A stretch of DNA of 64,000 nucleotides from Alphaproteobacteria bacterium. GTDB taxonomy: Bacteria; Pseudomonadota; Alphaproteobacteria; Rhizobiales; JAJFHR01. Of the stretch, positions 31,007-40,716 are shown piece after piece. The notes under the pieces were generated by a model, which was not told where the DNA came from, did not search any database, and was given only the letters and a program-made list of their open reading frames with translations. Positions within the stretch are counted from its first letter, which is position 1, and each line of letters begins with the position of its first letter. The stretch is taken from positions 3,249-67,248 of the forward strand of contig JAJRTY010000099.1 in NCBI GenBank assembly GCA_024278055.1, given 5' to 3'. Position numbers and translations under genes: made by a program.

Positions 31007-32632
31007 TTATGTTGAACGATTTTGCCGCCATTGCCAGGTGATTCGATTGAGCAGCAGCCCCAAAATCATAATCAGGAATATGTTGTTCCCCCACTTGCTG
31101 AAGTATGTTGGCTCAAGTGCCAAGGGTAATGATCCGTCGATAACTCCAGATCTGCTTAGCTCAAGTTTTTGCAAAATCCGGCCATAAGGATCAATGATGG
31201 CGGAAATCCCGGTATTGGCTGCGCGCACCACTGGCAGGCCTTCTTCAATCGCCCTGATACGCACCTGCTGCAAATGTTGATAGGGTCCTGCTGTTTCACC
31301 AAACCAGCCGTCATTGGTAACATTAACAATCCACCCGGGGCGGGAATCCTTTGCTGTTACCATGCCTGGGAAAATAGCTTCGTAGCAAATCAGCGGCGAC
31401 ATAGGCGGTGCGCCTGCCACCGCCATGGTGACGGGACCGGGACCGCTGGCGAAGCTTCCCGGTAACGTTACCAGTTGGCGTAATCCCAGTTTGTTAAGCC
31501 ACTCTTCGAATGGCAGCTTTTCGCCGAAGGGCACCAGGTGAAATTTGTCGTATCTTCCGGTTATCTTACCGGTGCCATTGAGCGTAAAAACACTATTATA
31601 GTATGTTGAGTCCTCACTGCCGCTTCGGGCGCGCCTTATACCGCCTGTTATCAACGTTGCCTTGTCAGGTAAAATCGCGGCAATGGCAGACAGCACATCC
31701 TGGCGTTCATCCAGCAGGAAAGGCAAAGCACTTTCCGGCCAGACGATGTGTGTGGCATCGGCAATTCCCATGTTTTCGGGCGATGTTGCTATGTCGCTCA
31801 ATTCCAGATAGCGGGAGAAAATACGCGATGCATTTTTGGGCTCCCACTTTTCACTCTGCTTGATATTGGGCTGTACGATGCGCAATGATACGCCGGGCAC
31901 AAATGCGGCCTCGCTGTTTGCCAGCCGCCAGCCGCCAAACCCAAACAGGGCGAAAAATAAAACCAGCATTGATACAGGGCCGATTATTCTTTTTTGCCAG
32001 GATCGGATAATCTGAAAATCGCCATCCGCCAGCGCTGCCGGGGCGGATGTGATCATGACGGTTAGCAGGCTCAAGGCATATATGCCAAAGATCGACGTTG
32101 ATTGGGCAATCAATTCATTGGCGGCAAATGAGTACCCGACAGTATTCCAGGGAAAGCCGGTGAAGGCTATGCCGCGCACCCACTCAAATGCGGCCCAGAC
32201 AGTCGCGAACACTGTTATTCGCAAAAACCCCGGTGTCCACAACAGATGCGCAACGGCACAACTAAGGCCGGTAAAAATTGCCAGTCCCAACGGCAACGCC
32301 ACAACTGCAAAAGGCAGCATCCACGCATAGGCCGCAGCATCGACGAGAAAGGCCGCACCGATCCAGTACAGGCCACCAAGAAAATAGCCAAAGCCGAAAT
32401 ACCACCCGATTTTAAAAGCGGTCCAGAATTCCCGCCGTCTCGACCTGCCGGCACGTGCTTGTTTTGTATTGACCCCGTCCAGAAGCCAGATGAGAACGGG
32501 GAATGTCAGAAATAAGATGGGGTAGAGACTGAAAGGGGCCAGCGCCAAAGCACTTAATGCACCACTAAGAACTGCCACAGCAGCACGGCGCCACCCCCAT
32601 AGCACGACAAAGCGAAAAGCTATTGAATTCAT
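31007..32632 (-). CDS. lnt: Apolipoprotein N-acyltransferase
   Basis: 541 aa with a multi-transmembrane N-terminal half and a CN-hydrolase domain (IVWPESALPF, KFHLVPFGE, LICYEAIFP). It follows corC. Confidence 0.93.
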   Translation of the reverse strand: MNSIAFRFVVLWGWRRAAVAVLSGALSALALAPFSLYPILFLTFPVLIWLLDGVNTKQARAGRSRRREFWTAFKIGWYFGFGYFLGGLYWIGAAFLVDAAAYAWMLPFAVVALPLGLAIFTGLSCAVAHLLWTPGFLRITVFATVWAAFEWVRGIAFTGFPWNTVGYSFAANELIAQSTSIFGIYALSLLTVMITSAPAALADGDFQIIRSWQKRIIGPVSMLVLFFALFGFGGWRLANSEAAFVPGVSLRIVQPNIKQSEKWEPKNASRIFSRYLELSDIATSPENMGIADATHIVWPESALPFLLDERQDVLSAIAAILPDKATLITGGIRRARSGSEDSTYYNSVFTLNGTGKITGRYDKFHLVPFGEKLPFEEWLNKLGLRQLVTLPGSFASGPGPVTMAVAGAPPMSPLICYEAIFPGMVTAKDSRPGWIVNVTNDGWFGETAGPYQHLQQVRIRAIEEGLPVVRAANTGISAIIDPYGRILQKLELSRSGVIDGSLPLALEPTYFSKWGNNIFLIMILGLLLNRITWQWRQNRST

Positions 32633-32743
32633 CAGTTAATACGCCGGAAACTCCGGCGCCATTCTTATAGTTAAACCTTGGAAATGTACCTGATTCGCCG
32701 GATTTAACCCAGTGACACAACCGTGAAGACCGGCCCTTGTCCC

Positions 32744-33754
32744 TTACAATTTGGGCTTTTTTGTGCTGCTTATCCGCACTTTGCCAATTCTGCGCGGATC
32801 GACCTCGAGAACTTCAAATTCCAACCCGCATTCGTGCGCAATCAACTCACCGCGCAGCGGTATCCTTCCTGCCAGTGAAAACACCAAACCTCCCAAAGTA
32901 TCGATGTCCTCTTCATGTTCATTGGTCAGATCGACACCAAGCAGTTGTTACAGATCTTCAATTGGCACTCTCGCGTCAGCCGTATATGAGCCGTCATTAT
33001 TGGGATGGATTAAGGGGCCATCCTGGGTATCGTGCTCATCTTCAATCTCACCAACAATTTCCTCGACCAGATCTTCAATCGAAACCAGCCCATCGGTGCC
33101 ACCATATTCATCGACCACAATCGCCATGTGAATACGAGAGGCCTGCATTTTAACCAGTAGATCGGCTGCAGGCATGGAAGGTGGTACATAGAGAACTTCT
33201 CTTTTCAAAGAAATCTCGCTAAGCGGCAGGGTTAAGTCAATCCTGCTTAAATCAATTGAAGGTGGATCTTCGGATGCGGATTTACCATTACCGTTTTTGC
33301 CATTCTTACCGTTCTTTTTAACCCGGGCAGAACCGGCAGCGGCCATCCAGCTGAACAGGTCCTTGATGTGGACCATGCCTTGAGGGTCGTCGAGGGTCTC
33401 ATGATAGACCGGCAGGCGGGAATGCCCGGCCTGCTGGAAAACCGAAATAATCTGTTCGAGAGCAGCTGTATCCTCAATGGCGATAATATCAGCGCGCGGC
33501 ACCATCACATCCTCTACCCGAAGTTCTCCGAAATCGAGAATATTGAGCAACATTGAGCGTTCTTCGGGCGAAATATCTCCAGCTTCGGTTTCATGCTGTT
33601 CGATCACATCTTCGAGACTTTCGCGCAAACTGGTGTCTGAGGCCATGCCAATGGAATTGCGCAGGCGGGTTATAATTCTGGCCAGCAAAGATTTGTCTTC
33701 GCCAATGGCGGGCTCATTTGTGCCCGACGGTGTGCTTGCCGGTGTTTCGTTCAT
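32744..33754 (-). pseudogene. corC: CorC/TlyC-type CBS-domain protein interrupted by an in-frame TAA at 32948-32950
   Basis: The 268-aa track ORF carries the CBS pair and ends ...ADARVPIEDL. My same-frame translation past the TAA gives QLLGVDLTNEHEEDIDTLGGLVFSLAGRIPLRGELIAHECGLEFEVLEVDPRRIGKVRISSTKKPKL-TAA(32744). This is a complete CorC_HlyC transporter-associated domain. Confidence 0.8.
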
Positions 33755-33781
33755 CTCGTCTCCTGGATCAAACAGTCCTTC

Positions 33782-34258
33782 TCAGTGTATGTGAGAATAT
33801 GGGTTTTTGATCCCTATACCTTTCAAAATATTGATTTCCACAAGCTCCATGTCATCGGCTGTCTCATCATTGTGGTGATCATACCCCAAAAGATGTAAAA
33901 CACCGTGAACAATCAGATGAGACACGTGATTGCCAAAGTTTTTTTGCTGCTGTTCAGCTTCGGTGTTGATGGTCTGAAAACTCAACACAATGTCACCAAG
34001 CAGAAAACTTTGATCCTGAGATCGTGCCTCAGGCTCACCACCAAACGACAGCACATTTGTCGGCCGGTCCTGGCCCCGATATGTCGAGTTCAACTGGCGA
34101 ATGGCGTCATCCGAGGTAAGCAGTATACTCAGCTCGGCCCGGTTTTTAAATTCATCTTCGCGCTCTAAAACGGCTGCCTGGGCTGCGGTTTTAATCAGGC
34201 TTTCCAACCCGTCAAGCTGTGACCAGGCATCATATTCAATTGTGATATCAATCAACAT
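33782..34258 (-). CDS. ybeY: rRNA maturation endoribonuclease YbeY
   Basis: 158 aa with the zinc motif HLIVHGVLHLLGYDH. Confidence 0.95.
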   Translation of the reverse strand: MLIDITIEYDAWSQLDGLESLIKTAAQAAVLEREDEFKNRAELSILLTSDDAIRQLNSTYRGQDRPTNVLSFGGEPEARSQDQSFLLGDIVLSFQTINTEAEQQQKNFGNHVSHLIVHGVLHLLGYDHHNDETADDMELVEINILKGIGIKNPYSHIH

Positions 34259-34260
34259 GA

Positions 34261-35313
34261 CTATTTTTTCTGACCCAGTCGATCATAGGCCCTGACGATG
34301 TCGGCAACAAGTGAATGCCTGACAACATCAACATCTGTGAAGGCAACGTGGGCAACAGCATCGAGATTGCCGAGAAGATCAACCGCCTGAGACAGGCCAG
34401 ATTGCACCCCGGACTGCAGGTCGGTCTGGCTCGGGTCGCCGGTAATCGCCATATATGAGCCCTCACCCAGACGGGTTAGAAACATCTTCATCTGCTGGGG
34501 GGTGCAATTCTGCGCTTCATCAAGAATAATGAATGAATTGGACAAGGTGCGTCCGCGCATAAACGCCAGCGGAGCAATTTCAATTTCTCCGGTTTCCATA
34601 CCGCGCACAACCTTGTCTGACGACATCATGTCATAAAGTGCATCAAACAGCGGGCGCAGATAAGGATCAATTTTCTCACGCATGTCACCGGGCAGGAAAC
34701 CCAGTCGTTCACCCGCCTCAACCGCCGGACGCGACAAGATTATGCGGTCAACCTTGCCCGCTTCCAGCGCCGCCGCTGCAACGGCGACGGCAATATAGGT
34801 TTTGCCCGTACCCGCAGGACCGGTGCCAAAGGTAAGCTCACGGGTTTGCAGGGCCTGAATATATTCTGCCTGGGCCGATGAGCGCGGCGTTATCGTGCGT
34901 CGCCGTGTATCTATGCGCACTGCGCTGGTGAACAATCGTTTGCTGGCGGCATCATCACTCACCGGCAACAATGCCATTTTGATGGCACCCTCGACGTCGC
35001 CGGGGCCAACGTCGAGGCTTTGCGTCAATCTGTCGTAGAGATCATTCAGAACCTGTTTGGCGCTTTGGCAATCTTCCGTTGCACCGGTTATGGCAACAAT
35101 ATTGCCGCGTGGTGCGGCCACGATGTTGAGCCGGGATTCTATCAGGGCCAGATGTTCGTCATGTTTGCCAAGCAAGGCTGACAGCAGGTGATTGTCTTCA
35201 AAGATTACCTCTATGGTCTGGCCCGATGCGCCTTTTTGTTGCCACCGCGGTTTTACCTTTTGGCCGGCACTTTTTTTTGTCCGATTTTTGATCGATGATT
35301 TTGTCTGGCTCAA
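34261..35313 (-). CDS. phoH: PhoH-family ATPase
   Basis: Walker [17 protein letters not shown] and ILDEAQN. It lies between miaB and ybeY. Confidence 0.93.
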   Translation of the reverse strand: MSQTKSSIKNRTKKSAGQKVKPRWQQKGASGQTIEVIFEDNHLLSALLGKHDEHLALIESRLNIVAAPRGNIVAITGATEDCQSAKQVLNDLYDRLTQSLDVGPGDVEGAIKMALLPVSDDAASKRLFTSAVRIDTRRRTITPRSSAQAEYIQALQTRELTFGTGPAGTGKTYIAVAVAAAALEAGKVDRIILSRPAVEAGERLGFLPGDMREKIDPYLRPLFDALYDMMSSDKVVRGMETGEIEIAPLAFMRGRTLSNSFIILDEAQNCTPQQMKMFLTRLGEGSYMAITGDPSQTDLQSGVQSGLSQAVDLLGNLDAVAHVAFTDVDVVRHSLVADIVRAYDRLGQKK

Positions 35314-36722
35314 AGTGTTGTGCCCTCGCTCAATATTTCCGGCCGGGCATTAAAAGTGCTTCTTACGTTACCGCCAGCGCACAGTCCCGACAAAGAATTG
35401 GTGCCGACTTTCGTAATGCCCACACTTTGAATGGACCCGATATATTCTTCAGGTGCATCAGCATGCACCGGCTGCAAATATGGTGACCGGCCAACCAGTT
35501 GCCCTGGATTGCGGCCCTTGCCGGTGAACAAAATCGGCAGTTCACGGCCCATACAGTTCTGGTTGAAGGCGTGTTGCTGGTGGCGTAAAAGCGCCTGCAA
35601 TTCACTCAGGCGTTCGGATTTGACATGTTCTTCAACTTGCGTATCCATATCAGCCGCCGGTGTTCCCGGCCGCGGGCTGTATTTAAAGGAAAAAGCCTGC
35701 GAATATTCAACCTCACGCACCAGTTTCATGGTGGCGGCAAAATCCGCGTCACTTTCACCGGGAAACCCGACAATGAAATCTGAGGACAGCGCAATATCGG
35801 GCCGGGCCTCACGAATGCGTTTGACCACATCAAAATAGACCGCTGTTGTGTGTTTGCGGTTCATGGCCGCCAGAATTTTGTCCGAGCCTGATTGTACCGG
35901 CAAATGCAAATACGGCATGAGTTCGGGCAAATCACCGTGGGCAGCGATCAGCACATCGTCCATATCAAGCGGGTGGCTGGTCGTGTATCTCAACCGCTCA
36001 AGGCCCGGCACATCGGCCAGTTCATAAAGCAGTCGGCCTAAAGACCAGCTGTCACCATCTGGCCCGGTGCCATGGTAAGCATTGACGTTTTGACCCAGCA
36101 GCGTAATTTCCTTGACGCCCGAGGCACACAGGCGTGTGGTTTCAGCCACAATTTTCTCAACCGGGCGTGAAAACTCCGATCCGCGCGTATAAGGCACAAC
36201 GCAGAAGGTGCAAAATTTGTCGCACCCCTCCTGTACGGTGACAAAAGCTGTTGGCCCGCGCGCAATTATCTGCGCGCTCCTGGCGGCCGGAATTTTTTCG
36301 AATTTATCATCGGCGGGAAAATCAACTTCAAGCAGGCCACGTTCACCCTCTTCGATTTTTCTGATCAGCTCCGGCAGGCGGTGATAGGCCTGAGGGCCGA
36401 CCAGCAGATCAACAATCGGTGCGCGCGCCAGCATTTCCTCACCTTCAGCCTGGGCCACACAACCGGCAACGCCGATGATGGTGGTTTGGCCGTTCGATGT
36501 TCTTTCGTTTTTGATTTTTCTGATGCGGCCAAGTTCGGAATAAACTTTTTCCGCGGCTTTTTCGCGGATATGGCAGGTGTTCAAAATCATGATGTCGGCG
36601 TCATCTGAATTTTCACTCATCTCATAGCCGAGCGGCAACAAAACATCGGCCATGCGTTCGGAATCATAGACATTCATCTGGCAGCCGTAGGTTTTTATAT
36701 ATAGTTTTTTCGTTTCAGACAT
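35310..36722 (-). CDS. miaB: tRNA-i6A37 methylthiotransferase
   Basis: 470 aa with [15 protein letters not shown] and the radical-SAM motif [11 protein letters not shown], plus a TRAM C-terminus. Confidence 0.95.
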   Translation of the reverse strand: MSETKKLYIKTYGCQMNVYDSERMADVLLPLGYEMSENSDDADIMILNTCHIREKAAEKVYSELGRIRKIKNERTSNGQTTIIGVAGCVAQAEGEEMLARAPIVDLLVGPQAYHRLPELIRKIEEGERGLLEVDFPADDKFEKIPAARSAQIIARGPTAFVTVQEGCDKFCTFCVVPYTRGSEFSRPVEKIVAETTRLCASGVKEITLLGQNVNAYHGTGPDGDSWSLGRLLYELADVPGLERLRYTTSHPLDMDDVLIAAHGDLPELMPYLHLPVQSGSDKILAAMNRKHTTAVYFDVVKRIREARPDIALSSDFIVGFPGESDADFAATMKLVREVEYSQAFSFKYSPRPGTPAADMDTQVEEHVKSERLSELQALLRHQQHAFNQNCMGRELPILFTGKGRNPGQLVGRSPYLQPVHADAPEEYIGSIQSVGITKVGTNSLSGLCAGGNVRSTFNARPEILSEGTTL

Positions 36723-36735
36723 TCAGTTTCCGTAC

Positions 36736-37584
36736 TCACAGTGTAGATTTTGCCGCACTTGATTGACTTCCTGGGGCAATTTCGTCGACAGGTCTACCAA
36801 ATATTGCCGCCAGCATGCCGCGTTTTACTTTTGCCTCGCAATATCGCGCCAACGCCTTGCGATTTCCGATTTGTCCCACCGTTACCGCGTCATGCACATG
36901 GACGGTAACATCGCACGGACCAAGTTTCATCATCTCCCATATATGTGGCGCTATATCCATATCTCCATACCAGGCAAAATAGGGACGATACTGGCGGCCC
37001 ATGGGAAGCCCGTGCAGCCGTGTATAGGCAATGGAAACAGGTTGCACTTTTATCGAACGCACCGCACCGCCAAGCAAATCGGAAACCGGCACTTCGGCCG
37101 CACTCATCAATGCGCTCCTGAAGGGCAGCACACGATTGCCATCGCTGCTTGTGCCTTCCGGGAACAACACCAGAATATCTCCCTGGTCAAGTCGTTTGCG
37201 CATGTTTTCTTTAAATTCTGCCGTTGCGGATCTTTTTTCACGATCCACAAACAAGCATCGTTGCAATTTTGCAAACAATCCAAATACCGGCCAATCCGCC
37301 ACTTCTTTTTTGGCGATGAATGATAATTCGGCTAAGGAGCCAAACACGCTGATATCAAGCCAGGAGGAATGATTTGCGACAATCAGGCAGGGGCCTTGAG
37401 CCAATTGGCGACCGACCAGACGAACCTTCACGCCCAGTATTTTCAGGCTGAGCCGGTGAAATACAATGGGAATGAACCCTGACCGGCTTGGCAGGAGCCT
37501 GAATATCAACAATTGTAAGATCAAAAGGGGTATTGTCAGCAATACGAGAATGATTAAACGGAAGCCGGCCCGGAAATTTGTCAT
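36736..37584 (-). CDS. 1-acyl-sn-glycerol-3-phosphate acyltransferase family protein
   Basis: N-terminal transmembrane helix, HX4D motif (ANHSSWLD) and FPEGTSS. Confidence 0.85.
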   Translation of the reverse strand: MTNFRAGFRLIILVLLTIPLLILQLLIFRLLPSRSGFIPIVFHRLSLKILGVKVRLVGRQLAQGPCLIVANHSSWLDISVFGSLAELSFIAKKEVADWPVFGLFAKLQRCLFVDREKRSATAEFKENMRKRLDQGDILVLFPEGTSSDGNRVLPFRSALMSAAEVPVSDLLGGAVRSIKVQPVSIAYTRLHGLPMGRQYRPYFAWYGDMDIAPHIWEMMKLGPCDVTVHVHDAVTVGQIGNRKALARYCEAKVKRGMLAAIFGRPVDEIAPGSQSSAAKSTL

Positions 37585-37680
37585 AAGCGCGCCTGCAAGT
37601 GTGCCTGGGTCCGTGCCGGACCTGCACGATACAAATCGCCAATAAATTCAAATCTACCCAATACCGGTATCCAATAGTTG

Positions 37681-38121
37681 CTACTTTTTTTCTTCCGTAC
37701 TTTCCAGCGGGACACAATACAGCTCCAGGCGATGATCCACAAGCTTATAGCCGAGCTCGGTGGCAACAAGTTCCTGCAGTTTTTCAATCTGATCGTTGCT
37801 GAACTCAATCACTGTTCCGCTTTCCATATCAATGAGATGGTCGTGATGGTCCTTTGAGACCTGCTCATAGCGAGAGCGGCCATCGCGAAAATCATGGCGT
37901 TCGACAATGCCGGCATCTTCAAACAGGCGCACAGTGCGATAGACTGTTGCAATGGAGATACGGGCGTCTATTTTTGCCGCGCGGCTATGCACTTCGTCCA
38001 CATCGGGATGGTCATCAGCATCAGACAGGACGGTTGCAATTACCCGGCGCTGGTCCGTCATCCGCATGCCGTGTTCGATGCATAATCTTTCGATCCTGCT
38101 CATTCTCGTCAATCTCTCCAA
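37681..38121 (-). CDS. fur: Fur-family metal-responsive transcriptional repressor
   Basis: 146 aa with RMTDQRRVIATVL, SIATVYRTVRLFEDAGIV and HHDHLID. The metal specificity (Fe or Mn) cannot be judged from the sequence. Confidence 0.82.
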   Translation of the reverse strand: MERLTRMSRIERLCIEHGMRMTDQRRVIATVLSDADDHPDVDEVHSRAAKIDARISIATVYRTVRLFEDAGIVERHDFRDGRSRYEQVSKDHHDHLIDMESGTVIEFSNDQIEKLQELVATELGYKLVDHRLELYCVPLESTEEKK

Positions 38122-38152
38122 TGCCCCGGCTCTCTATATCCTAGATTGATCT

Positions 38153-38629
38153 TTATGAATAGGCCATGATAATCGCTGCTCCAGACGGTTTTCCACGTTT
38201 GCGATAATATTCCGGCCTTTCTCCCACCCGGCCAAAACCACATCTCTCATAAAGATCAAGGGCGGGCTGGTTATTATACTCAACTTCGAGAATAATTTTG
38301 ACCCCGCCGCGGCTGTTACAATCAGCAACCAGCGAATTTAACAGGCTGGTGGCGATTTTTTGCCCCCGGTATAGCGGATCAACGCAAAGGGTCAATATTT
38401 CCACCTCATCACCGGCACTTCTCACCAGAATAAAGCCCAAGGGTGTAAGCCGGGCATTAAAGGCAATAAACCCGCCGGTGCCGGGATGGTTCAGCAGTTG
38501 CGCGAATTCAGGTGCCGCCCATGGTTTTTCAAACGACGTGCGATGCAGTGCTTCAAGCACTTGGGCATGAGCGCTGCTGACTTTATCAATATGCACACCT
38601 TCCGGGAAAGCTTTTGAATGATCGGTCAT
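38153..38629 (-). CDS. rimI: Ribosomal-protein-alanine N-acetyltransferase (GNAT)
   Basis: GNAT motif VDPLYRGQKIATSLLN. ATG 38629 lies one base past the tsaB stop (TGAAATG). The track ORF extends to 38707. Confidence 0.85.
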   Translation of the reverse strand: MTDHSKAFPEGVHIDKVSSAHAQVLEALHRTSFEKPWAAPEFAQLLNHPGTGGFIAFNARLTPLGFILVRSAGDEVEILTLCVDPLYRGQKIATSLLNSLVADCNSRGGVKIILEVEYNNQPALDLYERCGFGRVGERPEYYRKRGKPSGAAIIMAYS

Positions 38630-38630
38630 T

Positions 38631-39320
38631 TCAAAGCCCGGCTTGGCCGATAACCTGCGGTTTTGCATCCGGCATGCGCAAATACAGCTGATCGGGCGGT
38701 GTTTCACCAGGTGTTATATTTTTAATAATCTGAGCACAACAGGCTGCATCGGGGTTCGCATGTTCTGTCATTGCCAGCCGGTCCCCAGCGCTGGCACCTG
38801 CCAGGCCCGCGCCTGAACCCATAAGGATGAGCGGCCCGGCTTCCCATGGCTCCAGCCACCCCTCTATGTCACCAACATCAATCACGCTTGGCGCACAAAG
38901 CGGCTCCAAAGCTGCATCAAAGACCTGACCGTAAGCCTGATTGCGCCGGGCATCGATAATAATGGCCACCGGACAGGGCCGGTATTTTGCATCCAGTTTT
39001 GACGTGTTGGCCGCAATTGCCTGCATGGTAGACAGGCCGCAAATGGGGATATCATGAGCAATACGAAATCCCCGGGCGGCCGAAAGGGCAACGCGAACGC
39101 CGGTAAAGGAGCCGGGGCCAATGGTGACCGCCTGTTGTTCAATATTCTCAAAGCCAATATTCGCCTCGGACATCACCTCACCAATCATGCCCAGAAGGAT
39201 TTCCGCATGGCCTTTGCCGGGTTCGCAATATGAGGAAGCCAGGACACAGGGCTGTGCGCCGGTGTCTACAACAGCGGCTGAGCAGGCGACGAGTGATGTA
39301 TCGAATGACAGGGTAATCAT
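38631..39320 (-). CDS. tsaB: tRNA t6A37 biosynthesis protein TsaB
   Basis: 229 aa with ITLSFDTSLVACSAAV and AVTIGPGSFTGVRVALSAARG. It is paired with rimI. Confidence 0.9.
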   Translation of the reverse strand: MITLSFDTSLVACSAAVVDTGAQPCVLASSYCEPGKGHAEILLGMIGEVMSEANIGFENIEQQAVTIGPGSFTGVRVALSAARGFRIAHDIPICGLSTMQAIAANTSKLDAKYRPCPVAIIIDARRNQAYGQVFDAALEPLCAPSVIDVGDIEGWLEPWEAGPLILMGSGAGLAGASAGDRLAMTEHANPDAACCAQIIKNITPGETPPDQLYLRMPDAKPQVIGQAGL

Positions 39321-39325
39321 CGAAC

Positions 39326-39886
39326 TCAGGCTACCGGGCGCACTTCCTTAACTTCCGGTACAAAATGTTTCAGCAGGTTTTCGATACCATGCTTCAATGT
39401 TGCCGTTGAGCTTGGACACCCCGCACATGCTCCTTGCATGCGTAAAAAAACCACACCATCTTCGAAGGCATGAAACGTTATGTCGCCACCATCCTGGGCC
39501 ACCGCGGGCCTGACCCGCGTATCCAGCAATTCCTTGATGGTTGAAACAATTTCCTTATCAGCTTCGCTGAAAGTCTCAGCAGCGGCACTTTCATCCCGTC
39601 CATCATCTGTCAACAAGGGAGCGCCGGACATGAAATATTCCATGATCGTGCCCAGGATTGCCGGTTTCAGCAGCTGCCAGTCACCATCATCTTTGGTGAC
39701 AGTGATAAAGTCCGAGCCAAAAAACACACCTGACACATGCGTGATATCAAAAAGTCGCGCAGCCAGCGGTGAACTTGTCGCAGTTTCACGATCACGATAA
39801 TCGCGTGTCTTGTCCCCCATTACCAACCGGCCCGGTAAAAACTTTAAAGTTGCCGGATTAGGTGTTGCTTCGGTTTGAATAAACAT
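39326..39886 (-). CDS. NifU-family Fe-S cluster assembly protein (Nfu_N domain plus NifU C-terminal domain)
   Basis: MFIQTEATPNPATLKFLPG... and the CxxC motif GACAGCPSSTATL. Confidence 0.9.
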   Translation of the reverse strand: MFIQTEATPNPATLKFLPGRLVMGDKTRDYRDRETATSSPLAARLFDITHVSGVFFGSDFITVTKDDGDWQLLKPAILGTIMEYFMSGAPLLTDDGRDESAAAETFSEADKEIVSTIKELLDTRVRPAVAQDGGDITFHAFEDGVVFLRMQGACAGCPSSTATLKHGIENLLKHFVPEVKEVRPVA

Positions 39887-40000
39887 CTTGTTCTCATTTC
39901 TGGTTGAGATCCCGCAGGTATCACCTGGGGGTGTAAATATGTTGTTTGAATTAATTCTAAACTAGCACAGGGCGCAGGAAAAGCTAAATCTGATTTTTTA

Positions 40001-40134
40001 TGTCTTTCTCCTGAGGTTCTTAAGTCCTGAAGCCAGCCCGCTCCCCCGCCCAACCACCCGATGAGGATACCCTGGGGGTGGTTGGGCGGGGGAGCGGGCT
40101 GGCTTCAGGACTTAAGAACCTCAGGAGAAAGACA
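40001..40134. repeat. Palindromic intergenic element R2: perfect 59-bp arms (40001-40059 / 40076-40134) around a 16-nt loop
   Basis: I reverse-complemented the left arm base by base and it equals the right arm exactly. The inner core AAGCCAGCCCGCTCCCCCGCCCAA matches the R1 core AAGCCAGCCCTCTCCCCCGGCCCAA. The element starts 1 nt beyond the USP stop codon. Confidence 0.92.
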
Positions 40135-40135
40135 C

Positions 40136-40678
40136 TCAAGCCAACGCGTCGATTTCCTCATCCGTCAGATCCCCGGGCACAATGGTAACGGGGATCGGAA
40201 ACGATGCAGAGGTTGCATTGGCCAGCATGGCCACCAGTGGTCCGGGGCCGGCGCTATCGGTTGAGGCGCCCAGAACCAGGATGGCGACATCTTCGTCTTC
40301 TTCAATAAGGGCAACAATTTCTTCAGCCTTGTCACCTTCGCGAATCAGTAATTCCGGCGTTACATCACAGTAGGATTTGACCTCTTTTACCATGCGGGCC
40401 TGCATTTCTTCTGCTTCCGCGCGCGCTTCTTCGCGCATAATATTTTCAACTCCCAGCCAATGCTGGAAATCCGCAGGCGAAATAACCGTTAAAAGACTAA
40501 CCATACCACCGGAATGTTCGGCCCGGCGCGCGGCAAAGTGCAGAGCACGCCCGCATTCAGGGGTGCCGTCAACAACAACCAGAAATTTTCGGCTATGGCC
40601 TTCTTCCTGGCTTTTACGTTTCTTTCCTCTAATCATGGGCTCCATGCTGCCATTGGTGTTGATGCGCGGCAAGACCAA
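40136..40678 (-). CDS. Universal stress protein (UspA family)
   Basis: KFLVVVDGTPECGRALHFA... and LVLGAS..SAGPGPLV...PVTIVPG. The start may instead be the internal MEPMIRG at 40645. Confidence 0.85.
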   Translation of the reverse strand: MVLPRINTNGSMEPMIRGKKRKSQEEGHSRKFLVVVDGTPECGRALHFAARRAEHSGGMVSLLTVISPADFQHWLGVENIMREEARAEAEEMQARMVKEVKSYCDVTPELLIREGDKAEEIVALIEEDEDVAILVLGASTDSAGPGPLVAMLANATSASFPIPVTIVPGDLTDEEIDALA

Positions 40679-40716
40679 AGAATGCAGATAGCACTATTCT
40701 GGTATCCGGAACAATG

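Noticed and set aside
30813-31094. 93-aa minus-strand ORF between the XRE regulator and lnt
   Set aside because: It overlaps the 3' end of lnt in another frame and continues through an AT-rich spacer. The peptide has no recognisable features.
39844-40264. Two small ORFs (69 aa minus, 67 aa plus) sharing the peptide GGGAGWLQDLRTSGERH
   Set aside because: They are mirror images generated by reading the two arms of the perfect palindrome at 40001-40134. They are not a duplicated gene.
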